Of a DNA stretch of 64,000 bases, positions 31,559 through 44,983 are shown in pieces. The stretch spans positions 512,001 to 576,000 of the forward strand of contig CAVUVW010000014.1 in the NCBI GenBank assembly GCA_963745035.1, written 5' to 3'. A program made the translations under genes and the position numbers. The number at the start of each line of letters is the position of its first letter. Position 1 is the first letter of the stretch. The notes below the pieces were generated by a model that was not told the origin of the DNA, did not search any database, and saw only the letters and a program-made list of their open reading frames with translations. Source of the stretch: an uncultured delta proteobacterium. GTDB lineage: Bacteria > Desulfobacterota > Binatia > UBA9968.

Positions 31559-31754
31559 TAAAGCGTGTGGACTCTTTGATAAAAGCTCCTAGTCAGAGCG
31601 TGCAATAAAGTCGTCAAGATGGCGGTAACACTCGGTGTTTCAAGCGGTAAAATCTGATCACCGTGTCAGAGGATTTTCGTTTATGGATGCCGCAGCCGCT
31701 TCTCCAACAACCTAATCAAACGGTGGTCAAAAGTTGAATGCAGCGCGCCAGTCG

Positions 31755-31855
31755 GACGACGTTTAGGAAATTGCCGCCGGTAGAAGCCGCACAGCTTCAC
31801 TATCGATGAAGCGCTGCGCATGTTGACCGAAGCGGGGGGCGGCGGAAAATCATGA
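31755..31855 (+). pseudogene. Arylsulfatase C-terminal remnant
   Basis: KPHSFTIDEALRMLTEAGGGGKS* matches the C-termini of 25502 (FTIDDAMAKMSEAAGG) and 58561 (SFTVDQVL). Confidence 0.65.
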
Positions 31856-31930
31856 TGAAGCGAGGATGTTCGGACGATAGATCGACGCGACAGCAGTCGT
31901 AAAGGAGTCAACTTCGATAAGGAGGTCATT

Positions 31931-32422
31931 ATGACGACGAAAAGCGATTTCACGACCGAGGAATGGAATCAAATCCGGCGCGCGCCTTTCATGGCCTGTC
32001 TCGCCGTGGTCGCGGCGAGCCCCAGCGGGCCATTTGGATTGATTAAGGAAATGTTTGCGGTCGGCAAAATGCTGGCCGAGGTCAAAACGCAGGGCGCCTC
32101 AAATGAATTGGTAAAGGCGCTAGTGTCAGAACTTGAAACCGGAGCCCGCGACCAGTCAGCATCGGCCGAACTTCAGGACAAGTCGCCGGACCAAGTCAAG
32201 AGTTTGGCGATCCAAAACCTGGGGCAGATCACCGCGCTCCTCGAAAAGAAAGCAACGCCTGAAGAAGTCCAGGGATTTAAACAATGGCTGGTCGCGGTGG
32301 CGCAAAAGGTCGCCGAGGCGGCCAAGGAAGGCGGCTTTCTCGGTTTTGGCGGCACACAGGTGAGCGATCAGGAAGCGACGACCATCAGAGAGTTATCCAC
32401 GGCGCTTGGGGTCAAGACGTAG
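31931..32422 (+). CDS. Conserved hypothetical protein
   Basis: RBS AAGGAGG; DFTTEEWNQI...VAEAAKEGGFLGFGGTQVSDQE. Confidence 0.8.
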   Translation: MTTKSDFTTEEWNQIRRAPFMACLAVVAASPSGPFGLIKEMFAVGKMLAEVKTQGASNELVKALVSELETGARDQSASAELQDKSPDQVKSLAIQNLGQITALLEKKATPEEVQGFKQWLVAVAQKVAEAAKEGGFLGFGGTQVSDQEATTIRELSTALGVKT

Positions 32423-32518
32423 TTCACTTATAAGGCAAGCGTAGTCGCCACCCTGCGGCGCTCAGCGGAGTCCGCAGGGATGCGGTGGCAAATGTTCTGC
32501 GTTGCTCAAGGCGCGCAC

Positions 32519-32647
32519 CCCGGCAGCCGCGTAGTGGGGCAGTGGTTGCAGAGCTTCCGCGAATTTCCGCCGCGCCAAAAGCCGGGCAGCTTCAATCTCG
32601 ACCAAGTGATGGAAGCGGTGACTAGCCATCAAGGCAGCGGCACGTAG
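32519..32647 (+). pseudogene. Arylsulfatase C-terminal remnant
   Basis: VGQWLQSFREFPPRQKPGSFNLDQVMEAV matches VGRFLATFKDYPPRQKAASFTVDQVL of 58561. Confidence 0.8.
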
Positions 32648-32687
32648 TGACGCGTACCGGCACTCGCTGAAGCAAAAAACACGAATC

Positions 32688-32816
32688 GACAATATTGGCT
32701 ATGGCGAGATCGGCGTGTACGGCGGCCCGCGGCGTACCGCCGCGTTCCAGGCGTTCACGAAAGAAAATCCGCCCATCTTCATGGCCACGACGGATCCGCA
32801 CACGGCGCCAGATTAA
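32688..32816 (+). pseudogene. Sulfatase remnant with N- and C-termini joined by deletion
   Basis: DNIGYGEIGVYGG (sulfatase N-terminal metal-ligand motif) followed directly by FTKENPPIFMATTDPHTAPD*. Confidence 0.55.
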
Positions 32817-32844
32817 TGAGATGTGAGCAGAAAGGAGAAACTCA

Positions 32845-33846
32845 ATGAGGCGCACAATAATAGGCCCAATGAAGATGGCCGCGTACTTATTATTTTCGCT
32901 GGTGATTACCCAAGCGCATGCCCAGACGAGCGCACTCCCGTCCTGGAACGACGGCAAGAGCAAGCAGTCCATTGTGGAGTTCGTGAAGCGCGTCACTACG
33001 AAAGGCGCAAAAGACTTCGTCCAGCCCGCCGAACGGATCGCGGTATTCGACAACGACGGCACGCTTTGGGCCGAGCAGCCGATCTATTTCCAGCTCGCCT
33101 TCGCCCTGGACCGGGTGAAGACGCTCGCGCCGCAACACCCGGAGTGGAAGGAAAAGGAGCCCTTTGCGTCGCTCATCAAAGGCGACGTGAAAGGCGCGCT
33201 GGCAGGCGGCGAGAAAGCGCTCGTGGAAATCATCATGGCGACGCACGCGGGAACGACGACCGAGGAATTCGAGGACATCGTGCGCGACTGGTTAACTACT
33301 GCAAAGCACCCAAAAACAGGGCGGCGTTACAACGAGATGATCTACCAGCCGATGGTCGAGCTGCTTCGCTACCTGCGCGCAAACGGATTCAAGACGTATA
33401 TCGTTTCCGGCGGCGGCGTCGAATTCATGCGGCCGTGGGTGGAGAAGGCCTACGGCATCCCGCCCGAGCAGGTAGTCGGGAGCACGATTAAGACGAAGTT
33501 CGAGATGCGCGACGGAAAGCCGGTGATCCTACGGCTGGCGGAAATCGATTTCATCGACGACAAGGCAGGCAAGCCAGTGTCGATCAACAAGTTCATCGGA
33601 CGGCGCCCGATCTTCGCCTTCGGCAATTCCGACGGCGATCACGAGATGCTTCTCTGGACGGCGGCCGGACGCGGCGCGCGCTTTATGGGTATTGTTCATC
33701 ACACCGACGCCGAGCGCGAGTGGAGCTACGACCGCACATCGTCCATTGGCAAGCTCGACAAGGCACTCGACGATGCCAGAGCGAACGGTTGGACGGTAAT
33801 GGACATGAAGAAAGACTGGAAGCGGATATTCGCGTTCGAGAAATGA
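32845..33846 (+). CDS. Exported HAD-superfamily hydrolase (nonspecific acid phosphatase-like)
   Basis: Signal peptide AHA-Q; AVFDNDGTLW, IVSGGG, GNSDGD. Confidence 0.9.
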   Translation: MRRTIIGPMKMAAYLLFSLVITQAHAQTSALPSWNDGKSKQSIVEFVKRVTTKGAKDFVQPAERIAVFDNDGTLWAEQPIYFQLAFALDRVKTLAPQHPEWKEKEPFASLIKGDVKGALAGGEKALVEIIMATHAGTTTEEFEDIVRDWLTTAKHPKTGRRYNEMIYQPMVELLRYLRANGFKTYIVSGGGVEFMRPWVEKAYGIPPEQVVGSTIKTKFEMRDGKPVILRLAEIDFIDDKAGKPVSINKFIGRRPIFAFGNSDGDHEMLLWTAAGRGARFMGIVHHTDAEREWSYDRTSSIGKLDKALDDARANGWTVMDMKKDWKRIFAFEK

Positions 33847-34020
33847 AACTGGGTCTTCAGCAAGTATCATGGCGCGCCGACGAAAAAACAAACGCCCCTC
33901 GACAAAAACTTCAAACGAGGGGCAAACAGAAAGATCCCAAAAAGGTACGTCGCATAGATCGAGCCAAGCGAGAATACGAATCATCTCGCTTGGTGTTGCA
34001 AGTGCGATCGCGGTGGGCTC

Positions 34021-34230
34021 GTGGCTTATTTGGCTTTTCAGAATCGTCCATTGGTCGGGGTTGGCGCGATAGCCGGCAGAGCCGGTACGGCGGCTGCGGT
34101 TTCCGGGGCAAGCACGGTTGTGAGCGAGGTTTTTTTTCAGACCGTCGAGGCAGACGCGAGGCGAACCGCCAGAGAGATTGCCGATCATATGGCCGGCTAT
34201 TACAAGGAGCGCGGTTGGCTTACGCGTTGA
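34021..34230 (+). pseudogene. C-terminal remnant of a DUF4410-like protein
   Basis: TVEADARRTAREIADHMAGYYKERGWL resembles TLEGRAKATADAIAEELRIRFRQRGWI of 47832. Confidence 0.55.
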
Positions 34231-34493
34231 AATTCTTGGTCGCGGCGGTGAGCCACGGCGATCCAAACAGAGCCCGATGGAGTCCTGCTGCTCCAAGGAG
34301 TGACGGGTGGCGAAAGAGTCGGAGCAGGTGTAGGACGGTCAGCGAGGCGCTAGACAAGGCTAGGCGACAAGAACTAAACATGCCTCTGGGCCTGACTCGT
34401 CCCTGTGTTGGGGCTCGCCGCGCGGTGCTGTTCGAAGTGGACCGGCTTTGAAGCGTATACCGGGCTTTTGGCCCGAGCCACAGGAGTTACCCG

Positions 34494-35129
34494 ATGGGAC
34501 CATCTCCTGAAAACACCCGACCCTCCGCTGATGAGGCGTTGGCGCGGCTGATGGATGGGAATCGACGGTTTCTCCGGGGCGAGGCGCGCACTGGCGCCTT
34601 CCGGCGAGAGACACTGGCCGATCTCGCCAAGGCCCAGCGACCCTACGCGACCATCCTCGGTTGCAGCGACTCGCGCGTGGCGCCCGAGTGGATTTTCGAT
34701 ACCGGCCTGGGAGAGCTGTTTGTGGTGCGCGTTGCCGGCAACATTCTCTCGCCGGAGATTGCAGGGAGCCTGAAGTATGCGGGGTCGTATCTGGAGACAC
34801 CGTTGTTCGTGGTACTCGGCCACGAGGGATGCGGGGCGATCAGCGCGGCGCTGGCTACCAAGCACAAGGCGGAGCAGTTCCACTCTCGGGTTCAACTGCT
34901 GCTGGCGAGCATCGTCCCCGGCCTTCCAGATCTCGATGTGCAGCTTTCTCCCGAAGAACAGTTGTCGCGTGCCGTCGAAGGCAACGTGCGGTGGACGGTC
35001 CGGCAGATCCTGGATTCGCCGGAGGGACAGGCGCGTGCGGCGGAAGGGCGCATGAAGATCGTCGGCGCGGTTTATGAAATCGAAACGGGTAGCGTGAGAT
35101 TCTTGCCCCCGGACGCGTTTCGGGGGTAG
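34494..35129 (+). CDS. Beta-class carbonic anhydrase
   Basis: GCSDSRV, RVAGN, GHEGCGA zinc ligands. Confidence 0.92.
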   Translation: MGPSPENTRPSADEALARLMDGNRRFLRGEARTGAFRRETLADLAKAQRPYATILGCSDSRVAPEWIFDTGLGELFVVRVAGNILSPEIAGSLKYAGSYLETPLFVVLGHEGCGAISAALATKHKAEQFHSRVQLLLASIVPGLPDLDVQLSPEEQLSRAVEGNVRWTVRQILDSPEGQARAAEGRMKIVGAVYEIETGSVRFLPPDAFRG

Positions 35130-35132
35130 ACG

Positions 35133-36836
35133 ATGAGCGTGACCGCTGATCCTCGGGCCTCCGCGTCATCCCGGAACGTCCTACGCGGCGATTTTTTCGG
35201 CGGCGTGGCGGCCGGCGTCATAGCGCTGCCGCTGGCGCTCGCCTTCGGCGTCGCGTCGGGACTGGGGCCAGCGGCGGGCCTTTACGGCGCCATCGCGACC
35301 GGCATCGTCGCGGCGGTGTTTGGGGGCACGCCCGTGCAGATCACCGGCCCGACGGGCCCGATGACGCTGGTCGTGGCCGGCGTGGTGGCGACGAACACGC
35401 TTCCTTCCGGCGCGGTCGACCTTCCTCGCGTCGTAGGGATCGTTGTGCTCGCCGGGTTGCTGCAGATCGCTCTCGGGCTGTTTCGGGTCGGCGCCTACAT
35501 CCGTTACGTTCCCTACCCCGTCATCTCCGGGTTCATGAGCGGCATCGGGGTGATCATCATCCTTCAGCAGCTGTTCCCGATGTTTGGCGCGGAGCCGCCG
35601 TCGTCGGACCCACTGTCGATCCTCCGCCAGTTGCCCCTGCTAGGCGGCAACGTCAAATGGGGTGCCGTTGCCGTATCGGCCTTGACCATCGCGACGGTCT
35701 TCATCCTGCCGCGATTCACCAAAGCGGTTCCGGCCTCGCTCGTGGCGCTCGTGACGCTGACGGCGTTGGCGGTGTTGCTGAACCTCGACGTTTCGGTGAT
35801 CGGCGAGATACCGTCAGGGCTGCCGAGCCTGGTGATGCCAGCGCTGGACTTTCAGCAGGTGCCTTCGTTGACGGCCGCCGCGCTCCAGCTGGCGTTCCTT
35901 GGGGCAATCGACTCGTTGCTGACGTCGCTCGTCGCCGACAACCTGACGCGCACGCAGCACGACAGCAATCGTGAACTCGTCGGGCAGGGCCTGGGAAACA
36001 TCGCCGCCGGTCTGATCGGCGGAATTCCCGGCGCCGGCGCCACCATGCGCACCGTCGTCAACGTCGAGGCCGGCGGGAGAAGCCGGCTATCGGGTGTGAT
36101 CCATGGCCTGTTCCTGGCCGCCGTGCTGCTCGGCCTGTCGGGCCTCGTCCAGCATGTTCCCCGCGCCGTCCTTGCGGGTCTGCTCGTTGCCGTCGGGATC
36201 GGCATCATCGACTACCGCGGCATCAGCCATATCCTCAAGGTGCCACGGTCGGATGCGTTCCTGATGCTCTTCGTCCTCGTGCTGACCGTGTTCACCGATC
36301 TGATCATCGCGGTGGCCGCCGGCCTCATCGTGGCGTCGTTCGTCTTCATGAAGAAGGTAAGCGACATCACCGAACGGCAGACGACGCTTTCGCCGGTCGC
36401 CGATGAACCTTGGGCGGATGAGCTGACCATCCCGGACACGATCCGCAACAAGCTCCTCATCAAGCACGTCGACGGGCCGCTCTTTTTCGGTTTCGCCAGC
36501 CAGTTCCTCGACATCGCCCGTCAGGCGGCGACGCAAAGCAGGCTCCTGGTTCTGCGCATGGACCGCATCTCCTACATGGACCAGACAGGCGTCTACGCGC
36601 TGAAGGATGCCCTGACGAGACTGATTGCGGCCGGGGTGCGCGTGCTGGTGGTGGGCGTTTCCGTGGCCCACCGCGATCTCCTCGAGACGCTGCAGGTGAT
36701 CCCGGCGGTCGTTCCCGAATCCGACGTCTTCAGCGACTTCGACACATTGAAGAAGGCACTTGTCGTCAGCATCGGGAAGATGCAGGCGAAATCGAGCAGT
36801 CGCTTAGGAGAAACTCAAGGCAGTGTCAGCGGATAA
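35133..36836 (+). CDS. SulP/BicA-family anion transporter with STAS domain
   Basis: ALPLALAFGVASG, ITGPTGPMT, GAGATMRTVVN, GPLFFG, YMDQTG. Confidence 0.92.
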   Translation: MSVTADPRASASSRNVLRGDFFGGVAAGVIALPLALAFGVASGLGPAAGLYGAIATGIVAAVFGGTPVQITGPTGPMTLVVAGVVATNTLPSGAVDLPRVVGIVVLAGLLQIALGLFRVGAYIRYVPYPVISGFMSGIGVIIILQQLFPMFGAEPPSSDPLSILRQLPLLGGNVKWGAVAVSALTIATVFILPRFTKAVPASLVALVTLTALAVLLNLDVSVIGEIPSGLPSLVMPALDFQQVPSLTAAALQLAFLGAIDSLLTSLVADNLTRTQHDSNRELVGQGLGNIAAGLIGGIPGAGATMRTVVNVEAGGRSRLSGVIHGLFLAAVLLGLSGLVQHVPRAVLAGLLVAVGIGIIDYRGISHILKVPRSDAFLMLFVLVLTVFTDLIIAVAAGLIVASFVFMKKVSDITERQTTLSPVADEPWADELTIPDTIRNKLLIKHVDGPLFFGFASQFLDIARQAATQSRLLVLRMDRISYMDQTGVYALKDALTRLIAAGVRVLVVGVSVAHRDLLETLQVIPAVVPESDVFSDFDTLKKALVVSIGKMQAKSSSRLGETQGSVSG

Positions 36837-36850
36837 ACAAAGATGCGCGA

Positions 36851-37666
36851 CTAGTATTTTTCGGGTACGAAGTTTCGGCCTTCCAAGCTGGCTTGGTCAT
36901 CGTAGGCGCCTTTTTTCGAGCGCCGAGGCAGTTTCACTTTTTCCTGGGCTACCTTTTCGTAGGGAATGAGACTCAGGAGATGCGAAATACAGTTGAGGCG
37001 CGCCTGTTTCTTGTTGTCTGAACGCAAGATGTACCAGGGCGCATACGTTGTATCCGTCGCCTCTAGCATCTTGTCGCGTGCATGAGAATAGTCGTACCAG
37101 CGGCTGCGCGATGGCAGGTCCATAGGGCTCAGCTTCCACTGCCGCAACGGATCGTTGATGCGCGCTTCAAAACGGCGCTCCTGTTCGTCATTGCCAACTT
37201 CCAGCCAATATTTGATCAGCTGAATGCCTCCGTCTACGATGAATCTTTCGACCTCTGGGCAAAGTTCGAGGAAGCGGCGGTACTCTTCTTTCGTGCAAAA
37301 CCCCATCACTTGCTCCACGCCAGCGCGGTTGTACCAACTGCGGTCGAAGAGTACGATTTCGCCCGCCGCAGGAAAATGCTCGATGTAACGCTGAATATAC
37401 ATCTGCGACTTCTCGCGGTCCGACGGGGCGGGGAGCGCGACGACACGAAACACGCGCGGACTCACACGCCCTGTGATCGCTTTGATGGTACCGCCCTTCC
37501 CGGCGCCGTCACGTCCTTCGAACACGACGATGATCCGCATGCCCTTAAGCTTGACCCAATCCTGAAGGCGGCAAAGCTCCGCCTGCAGCCGCCGCAGTTC
37601 CTTTTCATATTGTTTACGTTTAAGCTTGGGCCGGCGCTTGCTTATTTGGTCTTTAGCCATGGGCAT
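36851..37666 (-). CDS. ppk2: Polyphosphate kinase 2
   Basis: FEGRDGAGKGG, FDRSWYNRAGVE, WKLSPMD. Confidence 0.95.
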   Translation of the reverse strand: MPMAKDQISKRRPKLKRKQYEKELRRLQAELCRLQDWVKLKGMRIIVVFEGRDGAGKGGTIKAITGRVSPRVFRVVALPAPSDREKSQMYIQRYIEHFPAAGEIVLFDRSWYNRAGVEQVMGFCTKEEYRRFLELCPEVERFIVDGGIQLIKYWLEVGNDEQERRFEARINDPLRQWKLSPMDLPSRSRWYDYSHARDKMLEATDTTYAPWYILRSDNKKQARLNCISHLLSLIPYEKVAQEKVKLPRRSKKGAYDDQASLEGRNFVPEKY

Positions 37667-37779
37667 CGCTTCTTGATCTCACCAAGTAACATGGTTATCC
37701 ATCTTCGCTCCCTCGATCTCCGTCGGCCAGCGGACTGCGTGTTGATCTGATAGATCGAGGGATAACGGGCGCGGGCGTG

Positions 37780-40505
<2,726 letters not shown>

Positions 40506-40598
40506 AGGGCACGCTTCTTTCGTAAAAACGGCAAGTCAAACATGTATACATAGTGGCTGAACAAGAGTGTCTCCCGCTTTTGTTTCAAGGCTTTACCC

Positions 40599-42507
40599 TC
40601 ATAGCAGATCGGCCAGACCTTGCATGATCTCGTCCTGCACCTCGGGTTTATGCAAGCCTCCTAGATGACCTCCGGAAGGAAAAAACTGCACGTTCTTTTC
40701 GCCCAGAGTGTTGCTTATCCATTCGATGTCTTCCTTGGCAACGAGAAAATCGTTGCGGTTGGCAAAGTGCCGGATCTTGCCGCTTGCCCTCAGAGCGTCG
40801 CCAATCGAACGCAGATCGTTGAGCTTGAACATCTGCTCCGCGCTCTGAATTGCCGCCTCCTGCTTCATATAGTAGGGAATCACGAAGCCGTAGACATACT
40901 CCAGCCAAGAATAGTCGAGGATTTCTTCATAGGCGGGGCTGCGCCGGAACCAGCTTCGGTCGGTTTGTAAGATGCCCGAGTCCCGGCGGGTTTGAGAATT
41001 GTAAATGATCGCGGCGAGCGTCAAGCGATAGGTCAGGCCGATGATAAACTGAGCTTCAATTTCCGTCAAAGGCAGCTCGACATCCGGCTCGAGTTGTCCC
41101 TTGGCCAGGCTGAGGGTCTTCTGAAGGATGTTTTTGATGCGGCCGGCGCGCTCTTCAGGCGGGAAGGCCAGCGGCGCGTTATAAAAAGCGTCGAGCTCCT
41201 CCATGCCTAGCCTCAGTTGCACCGGCGCATCAAGGGTGATGTAGCGATCGAAGCTAACGAGCTTGTTCCCTCCGCTTTGTTCTGCGGCAGCAATAAAAAA
41301 AGCATGAAACGCTCCCATTGAATAGCCCATCAACACGCGCTTGGTTATGCGACCGGGAAATTGCGTGGCGAGGTCTCGATAGACCGCGTCGAGAGCGACG
41401 TGTGTATCGCGCGCGTCCACCGGAGTGTGACCCGGCATGGCAGCAGTTAATGCGCGTTCCATGAATTCCCAGTTGTAGGCGCTGCTGAGAATAGCCACTG
41501 AAAATCCTCGGCGATAAGCCATCTCCGCTAGCGCCAGCGCACTGCCGCTGTAGCGATGCCCGCCTAAGCCGGGCAAGACAAATGTGAGCGGTGCCGGTTT
41601 GTCCTGCAGTTTGAAATTGTAGGGCAGGTTTCTTCCCGTAGACGGCAGTGAAACCTCTCGTGTATCGATCGTCGACAGAAAGTCAGCATCTTTGACGTTC
41701 AAAAATAGCAACCCTAAACTTTCTACCGCAGCGGCTTTTTCATCCCCATACTCGAAATCTTCAACGCTTATTGACCGGTTCAACAACCATACAATCCTTG
41801 AGATAGCGTACGGGTCATAGGTCGACTCGGTAAATTGTTTATAAGACTCGACGGAATCGGTTAGCTCGTTAAAGGTAAATGCCAGACGGGGGAGAAAGAA
41901 ATAGCTTAGAGGATCGGTCAAAGAGTCCGGCCATAGGCCGAGCGCATCCCTTAGCGTTGACGGACCGAGTAGCGGCAACATTAAATACGCCGAGGGGTTC
42001 CAGCCCCAGGCGGCGAACACTTGGCCAAAATCCTCCCGCGATGGCTTAATGCCCCATTCGGTGGCGGGATCGAAGAAGCCGAGCAGTCCCACCGTCGTAT
42101 TGAGGACAAAGCGCAGCGTTTCATCGCCAGCGCCGGCTAGCCTTACCTTGAAGCAAATTGGCTAATAGATGGCGTGGATAAAGGATATTCGTACCGAAAC
42201 GCGTCAGACTATCGCGCACGGGTTTGGGTATCAAAAAGCGGTAGCCCTTGGCCAACGGGTCGGCAACTCCTAAAATCACGCCGTGATTGAAAACGCCAAT
42301 ACTTCGGTTCATCCGTTCGAGCGGATCCGAAAATTCGATGAATTCACGGGCATCAATCTCTGTCTTTTGGAATTGCTCAGCGCCCGGACCGCCATAATTC
42401 GACCAGTCGCGACGGTGCACGGTGTGACTGCAGCCCAAACATAGAAGCCCCATGAACATCCATGTTGCGTAGCGGTTCTTGCAAAACTGAAGTCCCAGCA
42501 TAAACAA
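40599..42507 (-). CDS. MlaA/VacJ lipoprotein fused to an alpha/beta-hydrolase, frameshift near 42135
   Basis: Lipobox LGC, DPLERMNR, GLLGFFDPA, EDFGQ, LPLLGPSTLRD; then GYSMG nucleophile and GGHLG. Confidence 0.8.
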
Positions 42508-42600
42508 ATCGTTTTTCTCGCGTTCTGCCAGTCTCGCTCTTGGTCTCTCTCAGTTACTTGCTTATGGCCGCTTCGCTACCAGCCCCCTTAGCCCTCCAAC

Positions 42601-42620
42601 AATTGGACCTTGGTCCAATA
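42601..42620 (-). promoter_or_regulatory. Dyad operator copy 4 (minus strand TATTGGAC-CAAG-GTCCAATT)
   Basis: Same motif in reverse orientation; TGG-TAGCGA follows on the minus strand, pointing at the mlaA fusion. Confidence 0.75.
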
Positions 42621-42765
42621 GATCATCCGGCGTTCGCAGGCATACCCGCGGGAGCAAGCCGTACTCGCGACAAGTCTCTATTTGAGAAGTTCAACAGTGA
42701 GAGAGAAGCGACTCCGCGTAAGCAAAATTCAAAACCCCGTTCGCCTCGGTGGGTCGGAATCTTGA

Positions 42766-42785
42766 TATTGGACCAAGGTCCAATA
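42766..42785 (+). promoter_or_regulatory. Dyad operator copy 5: TATTGGAC-CAAG-GTCCAATA
   Basis: Perfect dyad; TGA-TAATTT at 42803-42811; upstream of the DUF3604 operon. Confidence 0.8.
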
Positions 42786-42998
42786 GTCCTGCAATTCATT
42801 CCTGATAATTTGCCCCCGGCGGCGATCCGTCGAGCGACGAGATGGTTGCACAGCTATGGCAAATCTCAGCGCTTTCGGCTTTTGGCCCGAGTAGACCGAG
42901 ACGCAGCATTTTTCGGAGCAGCGTACGGCTGGAAGTTCGGAGCCATCGCTATGAGTGCAGTTGCAAACAGCGTCAGCAAGCAAAGGATGGCAAAAACA

Positions 42999-44981
42999 AT
43001 GGCGAAAAAGAAATTACTGCTAAACTCAGCAAAAAACATCAAACGCCGTACCTTCATGAAGATCGCCGCGGCGACGGCTGCCGGCGTCGCCGTACCAGTG
43101 TTGGCGCAGATGCAGACCGACGTCGGTACGCTCGATAAGGAGCAAGCCGCTAAAGCCTTCCCCAGCAAATCGCCGTACTCGCCGTACGCGGGACACGATT
43201 TTCCGACCCGGCCGTTTTTCGGCGACACCCACACACACACGTCGTTCTCGATGGATGCCGGCGCTTTCGGCGCCCGGCTCGGTCCGGCCGATGCCTACCG
43301 CTTCGGCAAGGGACAAGAAGTTGTCGCCTCCAGCGGCCAGCGCGCCAAGCTCTCGCGTCCGCTCGATTTCATGGCGGTCACCGATCATTCAGACCAAATG
43401 GGATTTTTCCCGGATCTCTTCGCGGGCAAGGCTGAAATACTCGGCGATCCGGCGGGGCGCAGGTGGTACGACATGATTCAGTCGGGCAAGGGCGCGGAAG
43501 CAGCCGTTGAAATTATCGTGGCGTTTTCCCAGGGTACCTTCCCTAAGAAGCTGCAGTATTTGCCGGGTTCGTCGGCGTACCGCAGCGCCTGGCGCGAAAC
43601 GATCAAGACAGCGGACGATGCTAACGACCCCGGCCGGTTTACGGCCTTCATCGGCTTCGAGTGGACCTCGAACACCGGCGGCAACAATCTCCACCGAAAC
43701 GTCATCTTTCGCGAAAACGGAGAGCGCGCTCGTTTAGTCGAGCCGTTCACCGTTTATCCGCCGCTCGGCAGCGATAATCCGCGCGATCTCTGGAAATGGA
43801 TGGCGATGACGGAAGAAAAAACCGGCAGCGAAGTGCTAGCGCTGGCGCACAATGGCAATCTCAGCAACGGCCGCATGTTCCCGATCATCGAGTCGTTCAC
43901 AGGTAACAAGATCGACCGTGCTTACGCCGACGGCCGCACTCGCTGGGAGCCGCTCTACGAAGTGACGCAGATCAAAGGGGACGGCGAAACCCATCCGTTC
44001 CTTTCGCCCAACGATGAGTTCGCCAACTTCGAGCGCTGGGACAAGGGCAATCTCGATCTCAGCGAACCGAAGAAGCCCGAGATGCTCGAGTTCGAATACG
44101 CTCGCTCGGCGCTCAAGAACGGCCTCAAGCTGGAAGCAGAGCTCGGCGTCAATCCTTACAAGTTCGGTCTCGTCGGCAGCACCGACACGCACACCGGGCT
44201 TGCCGCCGTGGAAGAGGATAATTTCTTCGGCAAAGCGTCAAACTCCGAGCCCGGCCCGGACCGCGCTATTCATCCCTGGCTTAAGGCACCCAGCGGCGCA
44301 GTGATCATGGGCTGGGAGCAGACCGCTTCGGGCTACGCCGCCGTCTGGGCCACGGAAAATACTCGCGCCGCGCTTTTCGACGCTATGAAGCGCAGGGAAG
44401 TTTATGGCACCACCGGCCCGCGCATGATCGTGCGCTTCTTCGGCGGATTCGATTTCGAGGCGAGAGACGCGCAGACCCGCTTGCCGGCGAGAATCGGCTA
44501 CACCAAGGGCGTGCCTATGGGCGGCGATCTGTCGAACGCGCCCAAAGGCAAGGCGCCGACGTTTCTCGCCGCCGCTCTGAAAGACCCGATCGGCGCCAAT
44601 CTGGATCGCTATCAGATCATCAAAGGCTGGCTCGACGCCAAGGGCCAGCCCCACGAAAAGATCTACGACGTCGCATGGTCTGGGGCACGCAAGCCGGATC
44701 CGAAAACCGGCAAGCTGCCCTCGGTGGGCAATACGGTGGATGTCGAGAACGCGACCTGGACCAACACCATCGGCGCAACCGAGCTGATCGCCGTGTGGAG
44801 AGATCCGGAATTCGATCCGGCGCAGCGCGCCTTTTACTACGGCCGCGTGATCGAGATTCCGACGCCGCGTTGGACCGCCTACGACGCGAAATATTTCGGC
44901 GTCAAGATGCCGAAGGAAGTGCCGATGACCACCACCGAGCGCGCCTACACTTCACCGATCTGGTATACGCCGGCGAGCTGA
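42999..44981 (+). CDS. DUF3604 domain-containing protein (PHP-like metallohydrolase), Tat-exported
   Basis: Twin-arginine KRRTFMKIAA; FGDTHTHTSFSMDA, VTDHS, FEWTS, HNGNLSNG, GSTDTH, ERAYTSPIWY. Confidence 0.88.
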   Translation: MAKKKLLLNSAKNIKRRTFMKIAAATAAGVAVPVLAQMQTDVGTLDKEQAAKAFPSKSPYSPYAGHDFPTRPFFGDTHTHTSFSMDAGAFGARLGPADAYRFGKGQEVVASSGQRAKLSRPLDFMAVTDHSDQMGFFPDLFAGKAEILGDPAGRRWYDMIQSGKGAEAAVEIIVAFSQGTFPKKLQYLPGSSAYRSAWRETIKTADDANDPGRFTAFIGFEWTSNTGGNNLHRNVIFRENGERARLVEPFTVYPPLGSDNPRDLWKWMAMTEEKTGSEVLALAHNGNLSNGRMFPIIESFTGNKIDRAYADGRTRWEPLYEVTQIKGDGETHPFLSPNDEFANFERWDKGNLDLSEPKKPEMLEFEYARSALKNGLKLEAELGVNPYKFGLVGSTDTHTGLAAVEEDNFFGKASNSEPGPDRAIHPWLKAPSGAVIMGWEQTASGYAAVWATENTRAALFDAMKRREVYGTTGPRMIVRFFGGFDFEARDAQTRLPARIGYTKGVPMGGDLSNAPKGKAPTFLAAALKDPIGANLDRYQIIKGWLDAKGQPHEKIYDVAWSGARKPDPKTGKLPSVGNTVDVENATWTNTIGATELIAVWRDPEFDPAQRAFYYGRVIEIPTPRWTAYDAKYFGVKMPKEVPMTTTERAYTSPIWYTPAS

Positions 44982-44983
44982 GG

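Noticed and set aside
42540-42998. 153-aa N-terminal extension of DUF3604 in the ORF track
   Set aside because: It runs through two operator dyads and precedes the Tat signal; this is promoter DNA that happens to be open
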